A stretch of DNA of 64,000 bases from Psammoneis japonica (lineage: Eukaryota), in the NCBI GenBank assembly GCA_008632985.1, contig QPGO01000055.1, positions 124,001 through 188,000 on the forward strand. The letters run 5' to 3'. A model generated the notes under the pieces. It saw only the letters and a program-made list of their open reading frames with translations. It was not told the DNA's origin and ran no database searches. The translations under genes and the position numbers were made by a program. This document shows, one piece after another, positions 36,431 through 49,347 of the stretch; within the stretch, counting starts at the first letter, position 1, and every line of letters begins with the position of its first letter.

Positions 36431-37447
36431 TTACAACATTGTGGTAAAGTCGCGCTTTTTGCTAGCAGTTTCTTCTCCCTCTTGATCTGATTTTGCATCA
36501 AGAGGCCCTCGCCAACTCATGATTTCTTCTTGTTCGGCATTTGTCATGTGCGTGACGGTCCAGTGCGCCCACATTAACGCACCAAAGTCGTACAAGGCGT
36601 GCGACAAAATGGGGACGGCGAGATTGCTTGTGCCTTGGTACAAGGCTCCAAAGTACACAGACGCCAAAGTCGCAATCGCAGCATAAAGCGGTGTAATGGC
36701 GTGCAAGAGACCAAACAAAGCGGACGTCAATCCCACGCTCACGGTAGAACCAAACCGCGACGCCAATTCAAATTGCATGACGCCACGAAACAGCATTTCT
36801 TCGCCTACACCCGCCACAATACCCAAGGCCAACGACATGGAGAGCGCATAGAGTGGATTCCACCTTGTTCCCAACAAGGCAATCACGTTACGCTGTGTTG
36901 CTTTAGACACGTCCTGAAGTGCCTGGAAGCGATCCTCAATCTTGTCCAAACCAAATGCCAAGAGCGCCAGTGGCAACGTCGCCAACGCACCACTCTGTAG
37001 CGATGGGATACTCCAATCAATTCCGGGACCCAAACCGTAATTGGGTGTCTTGGTAATGATTGCAGCTACAATGGCAACCGCAATCAAGATGCTTTGCTGT
37101 GCAATGGCAATTCCCGCGATATTCGAAACCGAGTCATTTTCTGCATCGCTGTTTTCGTCTGATGTTGATTTTAACAGGGAATATGATTTTCGTGGGTTGT
37201 TCGAGATGTGAACTGGAACTTTTTGTATAACATGGAGCGACGGTATTTCGTTGCTGCAGCTTCTATTTATTCCGAACGTTTGTTGCTTGACACTGCACGA
37301 CTTGAGGCGTCTCGTCGCTACCGAAGAAAAGGCATGGATTGTTTCAATTTGAATTTGAACGAAGGATAACAACAGAAAAGCAAAGGCAGGCACAAACAGT
37401 CTCTGTATCATTCTCTTCCTTGTGCTCATGGGTAATTGTCGTCCCAT
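36431..37447 (-). CDS. CPBP/Abi (CAAX protease-like) intramembrane metalloprotease, probably plastid-targeted
   Basis: EEMLFRG, FGLLH and HALYD motifs; several TM helices; N-terminal signal-like segment followed by AFSS. Confidence 0.88.
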   Translation of the reverse strand: MGRQLPMSTRKRMIQRLFVPAFAFLLLSFVQIQIETIHAFSSVATRRLKSCSVKQQTFGINRSCSNEIPSLHVIQKVPVHISNNPRKSYSLLKSTSDENSDAENDSVSNIAGIAIAQQSILIAVAIVAAIITKTPNYGLGPGIDWSIPSLQSGALATLPLALLAFGLDKIEDRFQALQDVSKATQRNVIALLGTRWNPLYALSMSLALGIVAGVGEEMLFRGVMQFELASRFGSTVSVGLTSALFGLLHAITPLYAAIATLASVYFGALYQGTSNLAVPILSHALYDFGALMWAHWTVTHMTNAEQEEIMSWRGPLDAKSDQEGEETASKKRDFTTML

Positions 37448-37536
37448 TTTTCCTGTTACAGTACTGTTTATTGTTTATTTATGTGATGGGTGATGCAAGA
37501 CGCCCGAGGCAGGTGGAACAGGTTATGTGGTGGGAC

Positions 37537-37648
37537 CGCGAGGTCTACGTAATGCTTTTTTCGCGCGCGAGGTCTAATGCTTTTTTCGCGAGGTCCAATG
37601 CTTTTTTCGCGAGGTCCAACGCTTTTTTCGCGAGGTCCAACGCTTTTT
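37537..37648. repeat. Tandem 21-bp minisatellite, about 5 copies
   Basis: Unit CGCGAGGTCYAAYGCTTTTTT repeated between two divergent genes. Confidence 0.9.
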
Positions 37649-37774
37649 CCTCACAAGCAATGGTTTTTGTCTGGACCTCAGACCTCGCAAATCACGGTCC
37701 ACGAGGTCCACGCGCGAGCGACATTGCTTCTGCGTGTTCAAGTGTGAAAAAAATGATGTATGACGACCGCGACA

Positions 37775-38542
37775 ATGGGGATCGGAGCGTTATTGTTGCT
37801 CTCGTGTGCCTTCTTGTCGCTGAACTCGGGTAGCACCGCCTTTTCTACTACTGAATCTGTTTCAAAATACAATGACGAAAAAATGGTTGAATCAGAACTT
37901 GGCTATTTGCCCCCAAACTACAATTGTGTTTCTGCTCGATTGCTTCATGATGCTGTTACTCCCGTTGCGATTCAAACACATCCGTTGCACCGTGGTGGGG
38001 GGTCAAGCCGACGAAGACGACACAAGAAATCGATTGATATACAGAATCGTCGAGTTGGTGATAATGATAGTACGGAAGCGACCCTGATGCGGTCGACGCC
38101 TTTTCCTACATTGTTTTGGTTGGCAAATCGAGATATTTCAAGAGCAATTTCTGGATTGGAGCGCGAGGGATACATTGCGGAACTGGAAAAAAGACTATTG
38201 AATGATCCAGACTTTCGAAATCAACTCCAAGCGAGTCATCAAGATTATGCTAAACAGCGATGGGCATCTCTGAGCAAAATACAACGACAGATACTCGCAT
38301 GCAGTCGCGATTCAACTATGGAGCGGATGAAGAGGATGCTACGCGATTCAGGTATAGCCGGGACAAACTACCGACAAAACAACTATGAAAGAACGCCATC
38401 AATTAAATGCCTCCATGCCCATTATGCGCACTATAGAAGTAACCTTGGCAGAAACGTCGGCGAAAAAGAAAAGTATACGAATCCAATCGGACGTTGGACT
38501 CATCAGCTCTTGTTGCAACACTATCCCGACGTCAAGCTGTAG
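37775..38542 (+). CDS. DUF501 family protein with signal-like N-terminus
   Basis: TPFPTLFWL, ISGLEREG and IKCLHAHYAHY motifs typical of DUF501. Confidence 0.8.
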   Translation: MGIGALLLLSCAFLSLNSGSTAFSTTESVSKYNDEKMVESELGYLPPNYNCVSARLLHDAVTPVAIQTHPLHRGGGSSRRRRHKKSIDIQNRRVGDNDSTEATLMRSTPFPTLFWLANRDISRAISGLEREGYIAELEKRLLNDPDFRNQLQASHQDYAKQRWASLSKIQRQILACSRDSTMERMKRMLRDSGIAGTNYRQNNYERTPSIKCLHAHYAHYRSNLGRNVGEKEKYTNPIGRWTHQLLLQHYPDVKL

Positions 38543-39323
38543 CACAGTACAACTTGGATGTAGCACAATACTAGCCTGAAAATATATGCCCTATGCACAA
38601 TGGCGGTAACCGTCAGCAGAACGCGCTCTCATTGTTGGTGAGAGATTACGCAACGCGGTTCCGTGAGAGACTACACAATGCGGTTTATCATAACGACGTT
38701 GAAGGGCCCAGGTCATGCAAAGGCTGTTTTCGACCCTCAGCAATTTTCTCGTTGCTTGAATCAATGAATATTTGCTTTTTTCGGCTCCATCTCTCGCGCA
38801 CACTCTTGCCCAATGCGGGCAGTACAGAAACATCCCTCTCTGTTTTCGAACGACTAAACTACTGCCAACATCGCTCACATTGACACTGCAGTTGTGCTTC
38901 ATGAGAACAATGATGCCTCAATGCAGTTAAGCAAATTATTCCGAGAGGGGGTGCGAGGAACTCGTTTTGGATCTATCTGATGTCGATTGTCTATTTTGGA
39001 CACTCCTTGCATTGCCCAATCGTGTAGCCTCCTCAATCCATGGTCAGTTCAACAGGAATGTGTCATACTTTTTGCTCTTCCCCGTGTAACTCGTCTCACC
39101 TCCTTCTAGACATACGATTACCGTTGTACCTGTGTCTGATATGGACTTGCGCCGTTTGCAATGTTTGACGAAACAGACGAAGAAGCAACCCAATCACCAG
39201 ATAGAATTGGGCTTAGCTCGGGATCACAAGCGTAGGTGTGCACGTCTAATTTAAAATGTATGTCTGCATACAACCTCTCTCTCTTCCTCTCCGTCTGTCA
39301 AGAGAAAGCCATTCCCTCCCTCC

Positions 39324-40612
39324 TCAGTTGTAGTCTTCATCGTAGTCTTCATCATAGTAGTAGTCTTCATCATAATGGCTGTCCATATTGTTTATATCGT
39401 CCGCTTGGGAGAAGTTTGCAAAATCAAGTTCTCTCCTATCCAAGTCACAATCCCTCTTTAATGCCTTTGTCATCTCATCCTCCATCCATTTTTCAAATCT
39501 TGTTGTGTTGTGAAAATTATCGATTGTGACATCTTCATGCCGACGCAAGAGTCTAGCTTGGTCGAAATCATCCGGCCGGCACAAGCAGCAAGTTACTTTG
39601 ACGCGGAATCTTACCCTCCTACGAGTGCTGCGGCGCCGAGGATTGCGATTCGTAGCAATTTGGCTCATCTGATTGATGGGCAGCTCTTCGAGGAGACGGT
39701 CATGTCTCGCTCTATCGTTTTTACTGTCTTTTCCTTTCGACCTTTGTTTTGAAACCTCTTTCTTTTCGCCTTTTACCTTCTGGCTATCCTTCTCCAACTT
39801 CTTTTGCTTCTTTAGAGCCGCTTCCTGCTTGGCAATCTCTAGCTGCTCCATTAGATCTTTCTTTTTGGCTTCCTTTTCGTCCTTTTGAAGGATCATCTTA
39901 TCTAGCTTTTCCTTTTCACGTTCAAGACCTTTCAACTCGTCCTGTTTTTTCTTTTCTATCTGCTCTTGTTTCTTTTCTTTTTTCAGTCCCATGCTGGACA
40001 ACTTCTCCTCTAGTTGCTCGACTCGTTTTGTGTCCTTCTCTTTCTTCAAGTCTTCTTTTATCTTGAATTCTTCCTTTTCAAACTTCTCCTCCTCTTTTTC
40101 ATCAGCTCTATGGCTCTCGCCTCTACCGCATTTCTTTCATCGTCCACCTCCATCTTTAACTCTAGATACTGAAACTGCAACTTGACTTGGTCTTCCTCGA
40201 CCTTCTTAATCTCTCTCTCAAGTTTCTCAACATGCCTGTCGTCATACTCGATGTCTTCAACCTCCCAAAATGCAAATTTTGGGTATTTCAAAACCTCGAC
40301 GACAAAATCTTTCGCAATGGCGGCTGTTTCCTTCTTGATTGTTTGCTCCATACAACTCAAGCTCTCGTCATCCGGTGCGTCTGCGTCCTCTTTGAATACA
40401 ACGTCAAACAGATAGCAATCCGTTGTTAGCTCTAATAGCTCTCTCTCGAGTGAACTATCAATATGACGTGACGCGTGCGCTTCTTTCCTTCTGTTGCTGA
40501 ACACTGGCGCATCTTGGTGACGAAGAGAATGTGTGACTGATGCACCTGGCGAGGAGAAGGCGCCACCCAGCATCACGGCCACGAAGCCAATGCTGACCAC
40601 ATTATTTATCAT
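39324..40612 (-). CDS. Hypothetical secreted protein with K/E-rich coiled coil (frameshift near 40100)
   Basis: ORFs 40058-40612 (signal-like start) and 39324-40049 are adjacent in different frames with continuous K/E-rich composition. Confidence 0.6.
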
Positions 40613-40829
40613 TCTCTGAACGTTTTTTACAAGGTGATTTTACGTTGGCTTTGGTTGTTTTGTGGCATTGAAGTGTGAGAAGGGAAAAAATGAGAGGGGA
40701 TTTATGTCATTATATTATGACCCAGGCGGGGGGAATGACCCAGATGATAGTCATAGAAATGTCATGGGAATGAAAAAGGACTTTACGGTTAGGGTTGTAA
40801 TCGTAGAAAAGAAGTTAAGCCCCATGCCG

Positions 40830-43800
40830 TCGAATGACCGTCTGGACATGCGAAGATTTATGCCGGTGGAGCTTGAGATGCTGACAAGATTTCAGAGGCA
40901 TCATGAGGACAGAGATGTCGCTGCTGGAGAACTCTGATTTCTTGTCATCCAATGCATCGGTCAATTGCACATTCAGAAGAAGCATTGGCGACACAAGAAA
41001 GTGAAAGACTGCTTTGTTTTCGATCTCTCTCTCTTGAGGAGGTTTTGCAAGAAGCTGCAAACACGCTGCAGCTCTGGGCGGGGTTTTGCACTGTTGGGCT
41101 CTGACATCACATTTTTTCACAATTTGCCAAGTGTCGTGCATGCACGTTTCCATGTGACTTTGGCAAAATTTTGCATCATTTCATGGCACAATGATTGTTG
41201 GGTGCCACACCCATTCAACAACTTTTGACAATTTTTGTCCCGCGCCATTCTCAAACATCTTGAGAGTGGGTGCAGCACAGACAGATTGTCAAAAAAATTT
41301 GATGTAAAAAGGTTCAATTGTGCCATGAACTTGGTTGCATCAAATGCAAAAATGTTTGGGTGGATGGCCGGCTGGGGTGTCCATTTGTGGCAAATTGAGT
41401 TTCCGCACGCACGACGTGCAGACACAAGCAAGGACAGCCCAGACGAGCCATCTGAGCACGGCGGATTTGGAGCCAGCTGTTCCAAATCCATTTTCCAAAA
41501 GTTCGTCTCTCTGATCCATTGCAATGTTTGGCTGTGTGCATTGTCCCGTGACAAAGCACATGATGTCACGTGTTGTGTCACACAGCCAAGCTGCAGCTGC
41601 GCTGTGGGGCACAAGAGAACAAGGTGTCACGAGTGCGAGAACTTTCAACATGCAAAGAGGATGCCAAAAGCATTCACAAGAAAGTTGATTGAAAAAGCAT
41701 GAAGCAAAATGCTTCCAAAGCAATGAGTTGTGGCACATGGGAATGACAAAGACTGCTTCAAAGGTCAAAAATGGTGTGATGGTTGACGGCGTCGCTGTCT
41801 CGGGCAAACCCCAATTTCTGTTCCTGTCATGAGACAAAGATCATGGCACAAACAACCTGTGTGTGTTCATCATGTGCAATCATGCCATCCACAGTGGAAA
41901 CAAACTGAATGACTGCAGACGTGTGCACTCAGCATGTGTGTGCCACTGTCGTGAGAGCGTCGCAAAAAGTCAGCAAACACACTGCCTCTTGGCATGTCCA
42001 AGTGCAGCACTGTGGTCAACAGCAACAATGAATCCAACACATCTGTTGTGTGAAGCACTGCCTCGTTGTTGTGTGACAACACTCTCAACTTGATCAACCA
42101 TGCGGCCGTTGATGCACGAACGAACAAGTCCCATGGTGGGAGAGTGGAAGTGGTGTTTTTGATCGTTCATTCAGCATTGCGTTCGATGCAACATCAAGTT
42201 GCAATGTCATGCACTGTAAATTTGTTCAGCTTTCTGTGCGGCAAATGCATGAAATCATCAGAGATGCAACCTCAAGCAACCAGGATGTGGTGATGAAAAG
42301 TGCCAAAAGAAACCCGGATGCATGGATTCTTAATTTGCCAAAACCAGGCAATCTTGCTGCATCCAACCAGCCATCCACCTGTTCCCAGCTGAGCTCAAAT
42401 CTGACAATGAGAAAAAAAGAAATGCCAACCCACCCAGTCACATGCAGCGCTCATTGCTGGCACAGCTTCGTTGCCATGCAAACTCAGCAAGCTGCTTGAA
42501 ACAAACCAGCCACCTTGTCCTGGAGCTTTCTGCTCAACAGGGTTCACCTGCTTGGTCAAAGCACCTTGCTCCATTTGAAAATCCAAAAGATTGCTGCTTT
42601 GCACTCTGTTTTTGAAAGGCAGCCAAGTCAGCTGGCACAGAAAGACATTCAAAAATCACATTGTTTTGGAACACTGGAAGGCCAAAAGAGTTTTTTTGTT
42701 GGCTTTGAAAATGAACAATGAAAAGCAAAAAAGGTGCAACAGGAGCCAAGGCATTTTCCATGATCTCATTTGCCTGTTGAACATTGTCAGCTGGCAGGGT
42801 TGGCAATGAGGGCAGTGCACAAAATGTCAGCTGCCACTTGATCCATCCACTCACAGACAGCACTCTGACTTGAGGGTCTCATCATGCACAGTGCACACAA
42901 CCGCCACCCACATGCTGATTTGGCAGCATTTGAAACTCTCTGTCAACAAGTTTCTGCCATCATCATGAGTGCAGCAATTCAACCTGGGGTGTCAAGACAA
43001 CTGACAAAAGATTGCAAAACTTGTCGGCAACAGCATGCCAAGACAAGCTCGGCATTCGTTTTTTGCATGACTGACAACTGCGCAAAGAAAAGTGAGTGCA
43101 TCAAACTCTTGCTCTTGCCCTTGAGCTGCAGTTTCTGAGAACCAATCAAATTTGCCAGCACTCCTTTGCCCCAAGGCTTCAACTGAGCTTCTCCTTTAGC
43201 AGGTGCTGCGCACAGCTTGTCATGGCCTCTGAGCAGCTTGCAACTCTGGACTCATTCCAGCCCCACTGGGCAAAACATCTGCAAACATTTTTTCTCATTT
43301 TTGCAAGAAGTTCATTTGTTGTCAGGTCCATTGATTGCAACAACAATGCTCAAAAATGTTGCATCACATCATTGAAAAACGTGCAGCTGCACACATGCAG
43401 CTGGAGCAAGTCATTGGCAGGCAATGCAATCAAATTTGTTGCACAAAGATGACTTGAGTCAAGACAATGCAAGTGAGCACAAATGCTCTCATGCAAACAA
43501 ATGACACTGCAATGCCAAAGGACCTGATGGCCTTGCACAACAGGATTGTGTGAGACAGCAGACAAGCAGAGGTGCAAATCTTCCAAGCTCCAGGTGGGTC
43601 ATTCATTTGACGACAATGTTGTGTCAAAGAACAGCTGTTCATGATTTTGGTCACAAAGTTTCAGAGGTTTTGCTTTTTTTGCTGCTGATCTCATGGCAAG
43701 CTCCAAAAACCCCCAAACCAAAGCTGCTCCAGTCACAACATCTGTGTTGGATTTGACATCTCTTCCAAACATTTCGGCAAGCCAAAAAGAGCCTTCAAAC

Positions 43801-46350
43801 AGCTCTGCTTGCAAAGAAAAAAAAATTTGTGTCAGACTGACGGTCGCCAAACCAAAGTCATCTTTTTGCTCTCTGTTTGTCAGTTCAGAAGTGCCCAACT
43901 TTTCGAATTTTGCTGTCTTGCCATGCCTGCACTTGACTGTTTGGCCCCAGGCTCTTCCTTTTCTCAATTGCAGATCCACCTGGAGCAGACAAGATGAACA
44001 ATCATCAAGCACATCATGCTTGCCTTCTGCACAACCAAAACATGGAGCAAAGTCATCAGGGAACAGGCACCACTCACAGACATGCTGGGCATTTAAAGTG
44101 TCAAAAGTGAGTTTTTTGTGATCCACTTGTGAGCGGCAATGTCCACACCAAATGGTGCAGCACAGATTTTTTGAAGCACACACCACAACATTCTTGAGGA
44201 GCTCTTTTTCCACAGTCAAAGAGCTGGGCAGTTCTGCTGACATCTTTTTTGACCAATGTGCATTGCCAGCATGCCGTTTTGGACAACTGCTGCATCTGTC
44301 TGATGGTGCAATGCAACAGCACAAATGTGACACAGATTGCTGTGGCTGGGATGTAAAAAAGGAGCAACTCACTTGCTGTCACATGTTTCATTTCCTTGAA
44401 CACCAGCTGGCAAAAGCTTTGCTCCATTCAAGAATCCTTTGCCAGTCAAGCTGGTTGATGGAGCTCACACATGAGCAACAAAGCCACCATGTGTGGCAGC
44501 AGGCACCTGCTCCAAGAAATGAGTGCAGCTGCAGCATTCACAGCAAGGCTTCAATTCTTTTTTTCAAGACTTGATGCTGGTGGGAGCAAGCCTGTCACAA
44601 GAAAATCACCAGCTTTTTGAACACACCAACCACATTTTCAGTGGAGGAGCTTTCAAGCCATTTCTTGCTAAAAATTGTTGCAGAGCCACATCAAGTTGTG
44701 TGAGGTGGGTGTCAAAGTCAACATCAAAAGTGCCAACATTGTCAATGTCAGTTTCAACATCCAAGCTGTGATTCACATCTCAATCACAGCTTGTGTGACA
44801 TCCACAGCTGTTTTTAATCTTTTTGCCATTTGACAACATTGCAGTTTTTCATCAGGTGTTGCAATCACATCAAGCTCCTCACTTTCATGCACTGCACAGC
44901 AGTGTTGGGGTGGTTGGACTTGATGATTCTCAGGACAGGGACAGGGTGGTGGCAGCACATTTTAATTGCAGATTTTTAGCTCCTCTGTGGAGTCTCGCTG
45001 AGCAGTCTTGTTTTGTCAACCAGGGTTGTGAACATCCAATGGTTGTGAGGGCAATGATCAACAACTGGTTTGTGCAAAAACAACAGTTGAAAATTTTGCA
45101 TGGTCTCATCAGTGGAAAAGCTGTGAGATGCCCATGATGATGTGATGCATGGCAATGACTTTAAAACTTGTGAGTCTGCTCAACATTGTGGTGCTGAGGC
45201 TGAGGTGATGTCCATCTTGGCTCTTGCACAGTTGACTTTTGGGCACAGCATGAAGTTTGCTTGTTGCTTGATTTGTTGAAGAAGGAACAACACCTTCTTG
45301 CCAGAGTCGAGCACACAAGACATGCAAGGTGCTTGGCTGGGCATGGTCTTTGCACTGTTGTGAGTCACTTTGCTGGCAATGTGCTGCCTGGTGGTGGCAC
45401 TGATCTTCTCAGCCAAGTGTTGTGTGCACTCTTTTTTGCACACAGTTGTGAGCCAGGTGTGTGGGTTGGGTGTTGTCAAAATTGCAGGGTGGAAGTGCAG
45501 CAGCACTGTGGGTGCAGAACTTGGCTCCATTCATCATCCTTTGCGGCAACTGTGGCTGCCATTGCCATGGCCTCCATTGTTTCCTTTTTTTCTAAAACGG
45601 CTGCTGCCTTGGGCACTGCACCTTGGCTTTGAGAGCCATGACAACTCAGGTCACTGGGGTTGTTGCAACATTGCTCCCCAAATGTGACACTCTTGATGCC
45701 ACAGAACAGGGCAGCACAGATCATTGGGGTTTGGCTTTTTCTTGTCATCTCTTTTTTTTCACAACCACAGTGCTTGTTGCAACCATCACTGCCATTGCTG
45801 CTGCTGCCACTGCCTTCTTCTCATGGCTCATCCTTGCTTGTTGTGGTCATTCTTGCCATTGCAAAAAAATCTTCTCATTCTCCATGCATGTCTGAAGGTG
45901 GCTCAAGCATCATGGTGCCAACAAGGAGACTCTTCCCAGCTGCTCTGCCCTCAGTCCAATGGGAAGACATGAAAGATGATGTTTTTTGTCTCTTGCTCAA
46001 CAGTCCTTTGGTCAATGTGAGCAGCAGTTGTGACAGAATGAGGCTTTCTCACAAGTTGAAAGTTTAAGAGTGTCGCCACACAGCTGCAGGATTCACAAAA
46101 TGCTGGCACATGGATTCCACAGCTTGGTCAAAATGATCAGTGTGGTCAGCCCACACTTGCGTGGATCTCTCTTGCTCAATGGAATGTGCTGCATCAGAAG
46201 CAAGCACTTGCAAGAAGCTAAAAGCAAGCATCGTCAACACAAGCAAAGCATGGGTGACTTTTTTGTTCAGAGTCATCACCCTTGTCTCTCTCACCGTGCA
46301 GGAATGATGGAAAAAACTTGGGAATGGGGAGGCTGGGTCACAAAAAGACT
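40830..46350. other. TpA-depleted degenerate block 4
   Basis: TpA nearly absent except in TTAA/CTAA/TTAG-type contexts; CpG also rare. Contains a degraded coding remnant shared with block 5. Confidence 0.9.
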
Positions 46351-47002
46351 CTAGATTTAAGAATTTAAAACCTTGACTGACTGTGCTCAGCTCAATGTAG
46401 ATGTCGGGCAGCAGCCATTTTGAGAGAGGACTGTGTTTGTGCTGAACCACAGAAGAATGGCAAACACTCATCTTTTGTCTCTAGAGGGCAGAAGCCAATT
46501 GTGCAAGATCTCGTAAATCAGACAAGCTGCAGTGCCTCAGGCTACCTTGCATCTTCTCTCTTAGCAGAGCACACTCTTCTTAGAGGCATTCCAGCTCACT
46601 GAAGTAGATCCAATCTAAATTTTAATGTGCTAGAGGAGAGAGACTCCTTAATCCTCAATCTCGTCCTGGAGGCATTCGAACTCACGGAAGCAGACACTCT
46701 GCACCTCGTTATTGTCGAGAGGAGAGTGGCTCCTTAGTCGAGACTATTTCACATTGCATCAGTGACACCACACTGTAGAGAGAACTCTGGACGGGGCTAC
46801 CAAGAATGTGCAAAGGTCAGACTAATTCAAAAGGTTCCATTTACAACAGCAAAGCAGACTTTCCCGACGGTGATCCATTCGTTCACAACAACGATACACA
46901 ATGTGAACTATTAAATCTTTCTAGATCTTGCCAACAACCAAACTTTAAGCTTGAATCATCATGGCTTCCAAGGAAACAAACTACCAGAACTACTCCGCAC
47001 GA

Positions 47003-48545
47003 CTACAGATTGGACGGAATGAACGCATTGAAGCCACTCTGGGCTGTCGTCATGAGACAGCTTGTGATTTGTGGATGCCAATGAACTTCCTTGAAATACT
47101 CGCTACCGCAGTGCACAAACAGCAGCTGCGGCGGAACATCCCCCACTTCCTGCCGTTCTCCATCATCATCGGCGTCCACATCTTCTTCAATACTCAAATC
47201 ATAAATGTATGTGCCAACATCGTCAGAAACAGCCAGCATGGATTCATCCGAAGGATGCCATTCAAGTGATGTAATGGGTGTTTTGTGCGACGTGAATCGA
47301 GCTAGTGGAGAGGGTGGGCCACCGTCCTTGGAGGAAGAAAAGGTTCGCAAGTCCCAGACACTCAATACACCATCGTCACCTCCGGTAGCAATCAAGTTTG
47401 CAACCAACTTGTTCCAACTGAGAACGTTAACATCACAGCCATTGGAATGAATCTTGTGTCCCAGCATGGCACGATGCGGAGCACGAGTGTCAAAAATACG
47501 GACGTATCCACCGCACTCTGCCGAAGCCAAAACGGTACCCTCGGTTGGACTCCACTGCAAGTCTTCAATCGAAGCATTATCCAAGTTATCAGCTTGAGGC
47601 TCATATGTGGGAGTAACTGCAAAGGAGCTTGAATTCCAATCCGTGTTGGAGGGCGTCCATAAATGTATGTGTCCGTGGCAATCTCCGGTTGCAAAATTAC
47701 CAGTCTTTACAGGAGACCAGTCCATGGCGTATCCCTCCACACCATGTCCAGAATACACAAAGAAAGGGTCTCGACCGGAGGGTCTTTTCGACTTGGTTTG
47801 TTGGTTCATGGATGAAAAGTTGGACAAGACGCTGCTAATGTTGTACAGGTGTACCTTTCCAACATCGCTCCATGTCGCAACAATGTTCTGCTGCTGCGGA
47901 CAACCTCGAACTCGATTGACGCCGCCGACATGACGGTAATTGTAATGCTCCAAGATTGGGTCTAAATCCACGTCTTCATCATCATCACTATCATCATCGT
48001 CACTATCATTCTTGTCAGGGTTGTATTCTTCTCCCAGAATATCGTTTTCGGTTTCGACTTTTGTTCTCGCCATGTCAGTTAGCTTCATAACCACCAAGGA
48101 GTTTCGTTCAGATCGATCGGCTTGAGTTCCAGCCACACAAATAAAGGAATGCGGAAACCGAGTTCTCGAGTCACCATACTCGTCGCGAATGAAATCAAAC
48201 GACAGCGACGGCCATTCCGGTGTCAGCGCATGAAACATTTTGTATGCCGATTCATCCATTTCCAATTTCTCGCCCGGCTCCAACGGATTTCCAGTCAAGG
48301 GATTCCAAGATTGAATCACATCTCCTCAAAGTCTTCAGTTTCGTCGTTGTCCATAGCATCGTCATCTCCTCTTCGGCTTGTTCTTCCTCATAATCATCCG
48401 GAAACGGGTCCTGAAATTGAAGATTCTCCAACGTTTCTTCTTGTTTTTCTTCAACAGGACGCAGAGGAGCAGCACGTGATGGAGACTCTTCTTCCCCTGT
48501 TTTCTTGGACGACTTGTTTCGCGACCTCTTTGATTTTTTACCCAT
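47003..48545 (-). CDS. GRWD1: WD40 ribosome biogenesis factor GRWD1/RRB1 (frameshift near 48320-48360)
   Basis: Start MGKKSKR; motifs EWPSLSFDFI, AGTQA, GGVNRVR, EGYAMDWS, SIEDLQWSPTE, PPQLLFVH, KEVHWHPQ and GFNAF. Confidence 0.92.
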
Positions 48546-49347
48546 GACTGAAGTGTCTAGGACAGCAATAGAGAGATTAGAAGAACACACAACAAGCTAC
48601 AAAGAAAGTGCAACAACAATAGATGCGATGTTCGCAATTTGTGAGTAGAGTGCATCGATTTTGTGAGAAGAAAATTGAAAGGCGGAGGGAGAACTTGAAG
48701 AGGCGCACGCAAGGACGGACGCTCATGACGTCAAAGAGAGCGAGATCTATCGATGGTGGGCAGACATGCTTCATCACAGCGCGAACGCTTGCTTTGCTTT
48801 ATGTACTACTGTATTTACTTTTTGTACTTGAGCTCTACTCTAGCTCTAGCTAGCTATCTATATTCTTATGAAGTTATGTATCTTAGGTGTCTCACTACCA
48901 TGTTAACCGTATTTCTTTATTACTTCTAGTTTGTCCCTTTACGTTGTTTCTTCGTCCAGGTTAATCTTCTCATTTGTTTTCCACAACCTGACTTTCAATG
49001 TTAAAAAATTCCAGACCTTCTACAATTTGGATGTGTTGCTGTTGTGGTTTTGTTTTCTTATTTCTCTTTGTTGCAATTTGTGACGAAAGGTAGAGAGGAT
49101 CGATCATTTCTTTCTGCGGATTACACTGGAGACGTGAGCATACCATCTCGTTTCCCCCAACTCGACTCGAGCAAAGCAATCGACCTTCGGTCCCCGTCAA
49201 CAGACAATATTGGATGATTGGACCAGTGAGTTCTCCGCCCATCTTAACCACCACGGAAAGGAAGGTTACCCCCGTTCTTCATGAAAACTGGTGTAAGCAA
49301 GATCACCAATCTTACTGTTGGTGACCGGGTGGGTAAACTGTTCACAA

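Noticed and set aside
37537..37648. CRISPR array
   Set aside because: Head-to-tail units with no unique spacers, no cas genes and a eukaryotic context.
40787..40796. GGTTAGGGTT telomere-like motif at the edge of block 4
   Set aside because: It is a single unit and expected by chance.
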